From Octopus sinensis (lineage: Eukaryota): a DNA stretch of 42,370 bases. The stretch spans positions 1 to 42,370 of the forward strand of contig NW_021835151.1 in the NCBI RefSeq assembly GCF_006345805.1, written 5' to 3'. Made by a program: the position numbers and the translations under genes. Shown piece by piece: positions 1 through 10,150 of the stretch (position 1 is the stretch's first letter; each line of letters opens with the position of its first letter). A model generated the notes under the pieces. It was not told the origin of the DNA, did no database searches, and saw only the letters and a list, made by a program, of their open reading frames with translations.

Positions 1-26
1 TAGTAGTAGTAGTAGTAGTAGTAGTG

Positions 27-75
<49 letters not shown>

Positions 76-120
76 GTAGTAGTAGTAGTAGTAGTGGTAG
101 TAGTAGTAGTAGTAGTAGTG
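1..120 (+). repeat. (TAG)n microsatellite with occasional TGG units
   Basis: Directly visible; runs off the window start. Confidence 0.98.
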
Positions 121-124
121 GTAA

Positions 125-1725
125 TGTTGACGCCAGTGTCTTACACTGTTCAAATACAAAACAATGAACATACCAGATAAAGAACAATCCTAAATCAGTC
201 AACGCATCCTCGTAATTATGGGAAGAAATAATGAGACAGTTTGCAAAGAATATGGGTGTGTCGAAGGGAATTCTGAAGGCTCTACTGAAAGACTCCTGGT
301 TGGGCACAGTAGGCTGGTAGCGATGTACAGACTCATCCAGTCATCACTTCACAATTCTTAAGGACATAAAGCACCACTCTGCATCGAAGAGGAAATCTTG
401 GAGGTCGGAAGGAGAATGGTTAAAGTTCAAAACGCTGGTCAAAAATCGATTACAAGGTTACATGTGAGTGCTTCTATGAACCTGAAGCGCTTTGCAAGCA
501 TGGTATCGGAAATAATTGTGTCGGGAAAAAACGAGAAAATAGCAGTGGAATAGTATTATTAACCAACAGAGAAAATAATAACTGATACAGAAGAAGCATG
601 ATATATGTAACTAGGAGTATTCAAGTTAGACCATATAATATGATATGGAAAGAGTATTACCTATTTTGATAGACCGGGTGAGGTTCTGAAGACTAAGATC
701 AATTGCTGGGCTATAACTGTTAGTCGTTACAGTGCAGACATGCTTGACTGGACTCTAGATGATATTGATGAAATGGACCAATGAACATGAAAATTGCTGT
801 ATAAATTAAAATTTCTTCACCCCCAAAGCAAATATCACACGCTTGCACATGGGCGGAAGGGACTTGATTAGTATATCGGAAAGTTTTGCGGCTAAACGAA
901 CGCTGAATTTTTATGTGGTAACCAAGAACGAGATTTTAATTCAAAAAGTTGCAAGATGAGCGTATCACAAAAGAGAAGAGATTGAAGCAAATTATTCAGA
1001 CAAAGACAGTATAGTGAACGAATGGACATATATGGATAGTTTGAGAAGTAAACTGAGTATGAAAGACTGACAATTGATGGACATAGCTAGGGAAGGCAGA
1101 ACTAAAGAAGGAAACAGAAAGTCTTCTTATTACACTCAAGATCAGACATTTGCAGCTAAGTCCATTCAGAAGTCTATTTATATGAGGGAAATATGTACAG
1201 AGTTTGACACACGTTGCCAGTGCATGTGGAATGTTTGCACAGTGTGAATACAAAGTTCTCCATGGCGAAATGGGTCCAAAAGTTTCATGAATTAGAAATA
1301 CACGAGAAATATCATGGACACAGGATGGAGCGTCATGGACAACAGCAGTGCTAAAATTCTCTGGGATTCTAATGTAGAAATAGAGTAATAGAGCATAGAC
1401 TGCTAGACATCATATTCATGAAACGGACATTATTGGCATAGCAGTCGAGTTGACTATAATGTAGCAGCTATGATATCGTAAAACATTACCAACTATGCAA
1501 AATCGAAGGCGGACTACCGTTATTGAAACTATTAGGGTCCAGCTAAAAGAAACTATTACAATTCTTTGAAAACTCAAATGCGATGCTGGCACTATACAAA
1601 AACGCTCTTTTAGGCACAGGTCATATATTGAAAAGATTCTGTGTGAAGTCTCATACTTGACGTAAAAACCTTTCAAAAAAAATGAATCCAGATTTTAGAA
1701 TCCGCGAGAAGCACATGATAATAAT
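125..1725 (+). mobile_element. Decayed R4/Dong-like non-LTR retrotransposon (RT C-terminus, CCHC knuckle, restriction-like endonuclease)
   Basis: Manual translation across stops and frameshifts gives LGVFKLDHI, KINCWAITVSRYSADMLDWTLDDIDEMD, HP-x-ANITRLH, HVASACGMFAQCEY, KILWDSN, HRLLDII and LGTGHILKKIL. These match the YKYLG / AINxWA / HPxxxxxRLY / HxxSGC / ILWD / RPDI / LGTAxIL series of RLE-type LINEs. The RT core appears deleted. Confidence 0.8.
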
Positions 1726-1789
1726 GATGGTTTTTGAGTTAGGTACAGAGCAAGCAATTTTGAGAAGACACCATCGACTGCAGTTCAAT

Positions 1790-2045
1790 AACAGTTATTT
1801 TATGGATCCCTAGGGGCAAAAAGAAAAGAAAAAAATGAGTTGATTTCAGTGGGAGTTGAACTCAATATGTAAACCACTAGATGGTATTTTTCTGATGCTC
1901 TAACGCTGTCTAAGTTAACAGTGTCTAAGTTAGGCATAATGAAAGGGTTGAGAATCAAAGCTGAAATCAGAACACAAACAACTGCAAGAAATACCACAAG
2001 GCACTTTTTCTGATGCTGTACCGATTCTGCGAATCTCGCTCACTA
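1790..2045 (-). mobile_element. Two degraded fragments of the tRNA-derived SINE family seen at 20383
   Basis: Reverse complements resemble the head and B-box region of the 20383-20580 copy. Confidence 0.5.
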
Positions 2046-2104
2046 ATATTAATGAAAACACTTATTTCTCAATTAGGCATATAGCCAGCAAATTTAGGCG
2101 GGGT

Positions 2105-2182
2105 TTAGATGCCGAACATGCCACGTACTGAGACTCAATCCGGAAACATGTGGTTGAGAAGCGAACTTTTTACCACGCAGCC
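2105..2182 (-). mobile_element. SINE family A head fragment
   Basis: Reverse complement resembles the 5' end of the 7332 copy (gtggctgcgtggtaa ... accacatg). Confidence 0.6.
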
Positions 2183-2304
2183 ACACCTATATGTGTCTGT
2201 GCGTGTGTGTATGTATGTGTGTGTGTGTGCGTGTATATCTCCTCTCTCTATCTATTTACATATGTGCGTACCTGTATATGTATATATATATATATATGTA
2301 TACA

Positions 2305-2470
2305 TATACGCGGAGTAGACGAAACAGGGACAACTAATGAAGGGGAATATCCTTTATGTTGCATGTCTCGTTTCTCTGTTTTTTCGTTGTTCGAAAAAGG
2401 TTCGTTTTCTATGTTTTTGTTTTTATGTGTACGTTTTTCATTGTGTTCAAAGTTTTTTTTGATGACCTGT
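2305..2470 (+). mobile_element. Dispersed repeat fragment related in opposite orientation to 15903-16110
   Basis: Shared block agggaca(a/g)ct(a/g)atgaagg followed by a T-rich segment; flanked by (TA)n. Confidence 0.45.
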
Positions 2471-2533
2471 ACCCATATATGCATGTATATATACATATAT
2501 ATGTAGGTATGTACATATATATGTATATATATG

Positions 2534-2581
<48 letters not shown>

Positions 2582-2624
2582 ATATATATTATATATATAT
2601 ATATATATATTATATATAATAATA

Positions 2625-2743
2625 TACGGGAAGCTTTATGAAAATAGACAAAAGACGAAGCAGGTGGAATACAAACAAACAATTGTATTAGTATGGCGCT
2701 CATGAAATATAAAAAAACTTTTAACGTTTTCGAGCCTACACTC
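2625..2743 (-). mobile_element. Solo PLE terminal-repeat fragment, truncated inside its hammerhead-like motif
   Basis: Reverse complement aligns to 3014-3127 and 14473-14590; flanked by (TA)n. Confidence 0.75.
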
Positions 2744-2935
2744 ATATATATTATATATATATATATATATTCATATATGTATATATATATATGTATATGT
2801 AATGCATATATTATATATTATTTATATTATATTTATATAATACACTTATATATAGATATATATATTTTATATCTATATATCTATGTATTCATATATATAT
2901 ACATATATGTATATATACATATGTATATAAATATG

Positions 2936-3127
2936 TAGAACGTTAGCCACTACAGACATTCTTTTTCTCGTCTTGTTTCTCTCCTTGTTTTTTCTGTGTC
3001 CCTTTCTGTAGAAGAGCGTAGGCTCGAAACGTAAAAGACGTTTTCTATTCCTGAGCGTTATGATTATACATCTGTTTGTTTTGTACACCACCTGTCCTTC
3101 GTCTTTTGTTTTTTTCGTAAACTCTCC
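2936..3127 (+). mobile_element. Solo PLE terminal repeat (pLTR-like)
   Basis: Colinear with the 3' terminus (14400-14590) of the PLE at 12714; (TA)n on both sides. Confidence 0.8.
3002..3037 (+). ncRNA. Minimal type-I hammerhead-like motif with variant core
   Basis: CTTT-CTGTAGA-A-GAGC-GTAG-GCTC-GAAAC-GTA-AAAG: stem I CTTT/AAAG, stem II GAGC/GCTC, palindromic ACGT stem III. Core position 6 is U instead of A. Confidence 0.55.
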
Positions 3128-3202
<75 letters not shown>

Positions 3203-3348
3203 CATATATATATAATACATATATACATACATACCTACATACATACATACATACATACATGCATAATACATACATATATATTCATATGCATATATATACA
3301 TATAAATATATATTTCTACATATATATATATGTATATGTATATATCAT

Positions 3349-3430
<82 letters not shown>

Positions 3431-3620
3431 GCATACATATACATACATATACACACACACTCACAGATATAGCTGAATTATGTACCTGAAGCACCAAGTC
3501 AGTCCAATATTATTCGCACAGCTCGAATAAAAGGTGAATAAAATCAAAAGGTGAATAAAATCAAAATAAACTACTACGTACGCGTAATATCTTCATGCTT
3601 ATTTTGATTACATATATATC

Positions 3621-3694
<74 letters not shown>

Positions 3695-5160
3695 CCTTAC
3701 TCTGATAGGTTTTGGCCAGGCCATGTCTACCTTAATAGGACCCCATGGCCAGTCATTCAAATCAGGAATCGGACAACACGGGCCCACTCGAATAGAGAGT
3801 TATTGTTTATGGAGACATATCTTGGCGCATGAGGTCTATACGGGATTTCTTGAAGAAATTTGTCCAAAGACTTCTTGAATTTTATGGGGTCTGTTTCTGC
3901 TTTAATGTGTTTTGATGTAATGTTAAAGGGAGCGGGGCCAATTGAGGTGAAATAATTGTACCGCATTGTTGTTATGCGAGTATGATCTATGTTGTGGGTG
4001 GATAGCACTGGGTCCAAGTGTTGGGTGTATTGTAAAGGTGATGCCAACATCATTTGGACAATACTGATAAAATATTTTCCACATCATGCAGATGATGTAG
4101 CGCTCTCGGCAGTGCTGGAAAGAATAAAGCTTGAGCTTTTCTGGTCGACCCCAATAGTCGAAGCCTGTCATGCCATCTATCTTTTTTGTAGTTGAACTTT
4201 GAGGTGTTTCAACTTTCATAATACTTTATTTCGTGCGGCGAGACCGTATTTAAGGTGTGGGTCAAACAAAAATGGAGAAGAGAAGGATAATAGTGTGGAT
4301 ATCGCTCGATTGGAAGATTCTAAGAATCCAGGAACACATTCTATGGGCCATGCCAAGTTTATTTATATGAGCGGCCCAGCTTATGTTGCTGTTCCCAATT
4401 GCTCCCAGGTCTCTTATATTGGATGTCACGAGAGTTTCACCTGAAGGAAGTGAGTATGGGAGTTTCAGAGCATTCTCTTTTCCGAAGTGGATTACCTTAA
4501 ATTCCACCTCGTTCAGCAACATATTATTCTTTTCCGCCCATTGTATGACAGCCAGTAGATCTGACTGAAGGCATGTCCGGTCACCCACTTCATTGATGAT
4601 CTTTTGAATCTTGGAATCATCTGCAAAGATTCTTATGTTACTGTGTTTGATGATGTCAGTGATGCCACTTATGTAGGTAGATGATGAAAAGAAGGGGGCC
4701 CAACACAGTGCCTTGTGGAACAGCACTACTGTCTTCGGCTGGGCTTGATTTTACTCCTCGACTACAACGTGTTGTGTGTTGTTTGTCATGAACCACTTGA
4801 TCCATTGTAGTAACTCTCCACAGAGACACCAATGTTGGATAGTTTTTTTCTAGAGAATCTTTTGTTCAACCCTGTCTAAAGCCTTGCTGAACTCAAGGTA
4901 GATAATATCGGGGATAGAGTCCTCTCCCAAAGCTCTCAAAATGTCATCAAAGTGATGCAGGAGCTGCGTTAGGCAGTTCCTTCCATTACAGAACCCATTT
5001 TGGTTGGGGTTTAGCAGTCTGTTGTTTTCAAGAAAGTGGGTTATCCGTCATCCTCACCACCCTCTGAAATACCTTGATGATTTGAGAGATGAGTGAGATC
5101 GGACGGTAGTTCACTGCAAGGGACTGTTTCCCGTTTTGAAAACCGGTATAACAGGCTGAG
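3695..5160 (-). mobile_element. CR1-clade LINE, 5'-truncated and decayed (RT domain + 3' end)
   Basis: Minus-strand translation gives VNYRPISL, NQNGF, IIYLEFSKALDRV, VPQGTVLG-like, IRIFADDSK, LQSDL, RDLG, RERY and KFKKSLDKFL; the 3' end abuts (TA)n. Confidence 0.9.
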
Positions 5161-5189
5161 AAATACAGAGATAGATAGATACAAATATA

Positions 5190-5325
5190 TCCTGTTACTT
5201 CTTTTACTTCTTTCAGTCATTTGACTACAGTCATGCTGGAGCATCGCCTTTAGTCGAGCAAATCGACCCCAGGACTTATTCTTTGCAAGCCTAGTACTAA
5301 TTCTATCGGCCTGTTTTGCTGAAAG
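5190..5325 (-). mobile_element. SINE family A 3' fragment
   Basis: Reverse complement matches the tail of the 7332 copy. Confidence 0.8.
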
Positions 5326-5354
5326 CAAGAGTTTGACGCTCGGACTGTATTTGT

Positions 5355-5558
5355 TTTTGTTTGTCCCCCCCCCCCCTTCCTACTTAACAACGGGTGTTGG
5401 TTTGTTTGCACCCCCGCAACTTAGCGTTCGTATATGAGACCAATAGGATACGTACTAGGCTTATAAAAATAAGTTATGGCGTTGATTTCTTTGAATAAAA
5501 CCCCTGAAGGCGGTGCCCCAGCGTGACCGCTGTCAAATGACTGAAACATGTAAAAGAT
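5355..5558 (+). mobile_element. SINE family A 3' half, degraded
   Basis: acttagcg ... gaaggcggtgccccagcgtgaccgc ... aaatgactgaaacatgtaaaaga matches the family tail. Confidence 0.75.
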
Positions 5559-5559
5559 A

Positions 5560-5610
<51 letters not shown>

Positions 5611-5640
5611 TATATAAATAAATATATATCTATATATCTA

Positions 5641-5688
<48 letters not shown>

Positions 5689-5697
5689 ATCTATCTA

Positions 5698-5748
<51 letters not shown>

Positions 5749-5790
5749 GTACATACATATACGTATATATAAGTGTGTATGTGTGTGTTC
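5560..5790. repeat. Compound microsatellite (TA)n-(TATC)n-(TC)n-(TA)n
   Basis: Directly visible. Confidence 0.95.
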
Positions 5791-6564
5791 ATATCTGAGC
5801 GTGCACACATGTTTGTATGTACGTGAGTGCGCGCACGTGAGTGTATATTTCTATTCGTGTGTACGAATGTAAGTATGTACGTTTGTATGCAGAAGAATGA
5901 CGGGCAAGGTCAAATGTGTTCAACCGTGACGTGAAGGGCTGCTGATCACAGGAAGATGGAAGGACGTCGAGAGGGAGAGACATCTGGATTTTTAAAAAGT
6001 CACCTTTTGTATAAGTGGAGCGTGGGTGGTAATGATAAGGGAGTAGTACTGGAAGTGGGAGGGGTGGTCATGGCAGTGGTTGTCATGGTGGCAGATGTGA
6101 TGAACTGTTAATACAATACTAGTGAGGGAACAGGCAGGAACGCAGTATCTCTAAAACAACACACACCTTAAGATTCTCAATATAGATATTTGATCGGCTA
6201 GAAATAGCAACCAAATTTCCCTCATATCACACTTAGACATAGAAACAGAAGCAGACATTGAGTAAAGTAGTATCAGTTACAGAATCAGATAAAAAAAAAA
6301 TAAGTAAATATATCATTGAAGTAAAAATGCTTTTGAACAGAGGTCGCATTGATCAGTTCCAACAAATGATAAAATGTGGCTAGACTTGAACAGCTTATCT
6401 TTTCTTAAATATTGTGTAATTTAATATGTTATATGATTTAATTGATGTTTGCTTAGCATTGAGCATGGAGGTATGCATTTATTATTTATGTTAATACAAG
6501 TGTGCTGATTTGCGGGAAAAAAAGGTATTTATGTCATGTACATAAGTACCTAAGGGTTTCCATT

Positions 6565-6651
<87 letters not shown>

Positions 6652-6770
6652 GCCTGTCTGTCTATGTGTCTGTTTGTCTGTCTATTTATCTATCTATCTA
6701 TCTAACTATCTATCTATCTGTCTGTCTCTCTGTCTATTTGTCTATCTCTCTCCCTCCCTCCCTCTCTCTC

Positions 6771-6815
<45 letters not shown>
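6565..6815. repeat. Compound microsatellite (TATC)n-(TGTC)n-(TC)n-(TA)n
   Basis: Directly visible. Confidence 0.95.
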
Positions 6816-6820
<5 letters not shown>

Positions 6821-6839
6821 CAAGGTGCCACTGCTTGGT

Positions 6840-6930
6840 GTCTTCTACTATAGCTTCGGGCCGACCAAAGCCTTGTGAGTGGATTTGGTAGACGGAAACT
6901 GAAAGAAGCCCGTCGTATATATATATGTAT

Positions 6931-7009
<79 letters not shown>

Positions 7010-7318
7010 TTATTTATATTTCCTGAGCGCCATACTAATACAATTGTTCGTTGTTTTCCACCTGCCTTCGTCTTTCGTCTATTTTCATAAAGCTTCCCGT
7101 TATATATGCATGTGTGTGTGTGTTCCCCCAACATCGCTTGACAACCGATACTGGTGTGTTTACGACGCCGTAACCTAGCGGTTTGGCAAAAGAGCCCGAT
7201 AGAATAAGTACTGGGGTTACCAAAGAATAAGCCCTGAGGTCAATTTGTTTGACTAAAGGTGGTGCTCAAGCATGGCCGCAGTCGAATGACTGAAACAAAT
7301 AAGAGAATAAAAAAGAAT
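6840..7318 (+). mobile_element. SINE family A lacking its head, interrupted in its internal TA tract
   Basis: 6840-6920 and 7105-7318 are colinear with the middle and tail of the 7332 copy. Confidence 0.8.
7005..7101 (+). mobile_element. Solo PLE terminal-repeat fragment nested in a SINE
   Basis: Close reverse complement of 2625-2715. Confidence 0.75.
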
Positions 7319-7331
7319 ACATACATACATA

Positions 7332-7742
7332 GGCGCAGGAGTGGCTGTGTGGTAAGTAGTTTGCTAACCAACCACATGCTTCCGGGTTCAGTCCCACTGC
7401 GTGGCATCTTGGGCAAGTGTCTTCTGCTGTAGCCTCGGGCCGACCGAAGCCTTGTGAGTGGATTTGGTAGACGGAAACCGAAAGAAGCCTGTCGTATATA
7501 TGTATATATATGTGCATGTGTGTGTATATGTTTGTGTGTCTGTGTTTGTCCCTCTAGCATTGCTTGACAACCGATGCTGGTGTGTTTACGTCCCCGTCAC
7601 TTAGCGGTTAGGCAAAAGAGACCGATAGAATAAGTACTGGGCTTACAAAGAATAAGTCCCGGGGTCGATTTGCCCCATTAAAGGCGGTGCTCCAGCATGG
7701 CCGCAGTCAAATGACTGAAACAAGTAAACGAGTAAGCGAGTA
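7332..7742 (+). mobile_element. Full-length tRNA-derived SINE (family A)
   Basis: Pol III box A-like TGGCTGTGTGG, box B-like GGTTCAGTCCC, internal TA/TG tract and short-repeat tail; multiple copies in the window. Confidence 0.92.
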
Positions 7743-7751
7743 ACATACACA

Positions 7752-8006
7752 TATATAAAAATTTTTTTCAAAATGAGATAAAATCCAAGGCTGTGAAGAT
7801 TTTAGAACATGCATAAATAGAAGGTCTGACAGCTATTTCCAGGATATTTATTCTATCCCTTCATCGGAGACGGTGTGAGAAAATTCTTCTATAAAGGGAT
7901 ATAATAAATATCCTGGAAATAGCTGTCAGACCTATTTATAAATGTTCTAAAATTTTCACAGCCATGTTTTTTTTAAATCTCATTCTGATAAAATTTTTTT
8001 TATATA
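7752..8006. mobile_element. Palindromic fold-back element with a hammerhead-like motif in each arm
   Basis: About 110-bp arms (7752-7861 vs 7894-8006) are near reverse complements; TA-rich flanks. Confidence 0.85.
7824..7871 (-). ncRNA. Type-I hammerhead-like motif
   Basis: Minus strand reads GTCT-CCGATGA-A-GGGATA-gaataaa-TATCCT-G-GAAA-TAG-CT-GTC-AGAC: stem I GTCT/AGAC, 6-bp stem II, near-palindromic stem III, GUC triplet. One core change (U4 to C). Confidence 0.6.
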
Positions 8007-8612
8007 CACACGCTGACCTACGTTGGACTCCTTATTCGCATAAACACCGAACCTGGAGCTTAACTATGGCCTATCCATAGCACTTACTGAGCATTACCTG
8101 ACACATTTGGGTCTTACTGACACTATTACCTTTCATAACCCATATATGTATGTATTTCATCACATATATTCGTAAAATATTCCGTTTGTACCGAATGCGT
8201 TTTGTTAGCTTATATTAGCCCTGGTTAAGCAGACTTATGATTGAAGATCTTATAATGAATATAAGTAATGTGTTATGTCACGGGAAATCTTCTCAATTCT
8301 AGTGATATATTTTGTCTAACTTTCCTTATATCTTTTATTCGTCTAATAATATTTCATTCCGTTACTAGATGTTTTAAGAGCAGAATTACAGGAGTGCAAC
8401 CCACTGACTTGTTATGCAACCTCATAACAAATACGTTCCAGATGATGCAAATTACGATAAAATCGGAATTGGCTTCGAAAAACCTTTTTCGAACGTGGTA
8501 AAGAGTTCGTATAACTGATACGCCTTGATTTTTGTTTCCTCATAACTTTCAGAAAAATGGATATTTTTTAAATGAAATCTTCAGCGAATACCTTTCAGAT
8601 TATGTAGATTAA

Positions 8613-8874
8613 GATCATCGCCTCCAGCTGGCTTTAGACACGCTTTCTGTGCCCTTATGGTATTTGCAAAGGGAGGTAATCCCTCTCTCATGAACCTAAG
8701 TGACACGCACGGACTGCAGTTTCTAGGTATTTGCCTGTCTTCGGCGTACGGGGGTCACCGGTTTACGATGAAAGGGAGACCTGTTTGCAAATACTTATTG
8801 TTTTTCTAGTAACTTCCGTCACTGATTTCGAAGGGCACAGAAAGTGTGTCTAAAGCCAGCTGGAGACTATGATC
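8613..8874. mobile_element. MITE-like fold-back element
   Basis: 44-bp inverted arms 8613-8656 and 8831-8874 (41/44 by eye), with weaker inner inverted arms. Confidence 0.8.
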
Positions 8875-9479
8875 TCTTGGGGCTAAAAGCTACAGTAACA
8901 CCCACCCTTAGTGGTTAGCCATATTGAGATGGCTAGTATACTTTACGTTGTCGAGCAGTTACTGTTTACATCTCGTTTAGAGATTTATTTTTGCTATAAA
9001 TTATTAAGTATGTCGAAATTCACCTAAAATATAATTAAAATACTATGATAACATTGCGTTGCAAAACACAACACTTAGAGTGGCCATTATTTTCGAAACA
9101 ACGGAATATGTTGAAGTGATTGTGTAGAAAGCATAGTATGTAATTTATTTTATACTATTAAGGCTTCATTGAGTGGAATATGTTATGGCTTGTCTATATT
9201 ATACTGGGAGTAGAATATATATAGTGTAAATTATTCTATATGTTTGGGAGTTATTAAGTGTAGAATATGTACCATATTTGTCCAGTCATAACATTAAGGG
9301 ATAGCTGTGAAGAATATGTGTTGCGTAATCTGTGCTGTGTAAAGTTATGTTATAGTAATGAAGGGAAGATGTGGATGATTGAGTAGTTATTTCGGAAATT
9401 GTATTATGATATTAGGAGTTTAATATGTGGAGTATTTGGAGATGAGTATGTGTCGAGTAAAGGATTTGCTGAAATGGAA

Positions 9480-10150
9480 GTTCTTTTTGTTCCTTTTGAA
9501 AATGTGAGCTAGTTTGAATTTGGATAAGTTTGTGAAACTTGGTATGGTATGTATGGTTTCTTTATATGTTTTGTTACATTCAGTGCCCTAATTATTGTTG
9601 TTACCATTTCTATGCTCAACCAGCTTACATCACGATTATTTTTATTTCGAGATGAATGTTCTTTCAAAGATTTTCAGCTTCGTTCCAGGTGATGCTTTCG
9701 TTAGAAGGGATCGAGATATCTATCAGAGTATACACGGTTTCCTTTTGACTTTGATTATGATATCTGGTGACCGATTCCTTTTGATCTTCTTGTCAAACTC
9801 GAAAGACATGTCATAGAGTATCGTAGACGTGTCATTGTCACATACCGGATTTGCTGCGTGCTTAAAGTATTTACTTTTTTGTTTTGATGTGACAGTTTTG
9901 CATATTGCCCAATAGATATCTACCTACCTTGTCATGTTTGTAGATATATTCTCTCTTTGAAGAAACTAGGCAGCTGGAATTGTGGTGGTCGATTGCTTCT
10001 TTGTCTTGATTACATATTCTATATTTGATGGCATTCTGTTTTATAATCTGGTAGGGTATTGGTGTTATGCTTTCATAGTTCGATCTCTTAAATTCGACAC
10101 CCTATTTATGGTTCGGTAACTTTCGGATCGTTTTGAATCTTTTTGTTTTA
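9480..10150 (-). mobile_element. Second decayed R4/Dong-like LINE remnant (CCHC + RLE region)
   Basis: Minus-strand translation gives YRICNQDKEAIDH-x3-C, EYIYKHDKVG, TILYD, NRSPDIII and LIDISIP-x-N. Confidence 0.7.

Noticed and set aside
3529-3562. 17-bp tandem duplication aaaaggtgaataaaatc
   Set aside because: Ordinary slippage duplication with no further structure.
7332-7400. tRNA-like A/B boxes here and at 20383
   Set aside because: These are SINE heads; no cloverleaf or acceptor stem, and they continue into SINE bodies.
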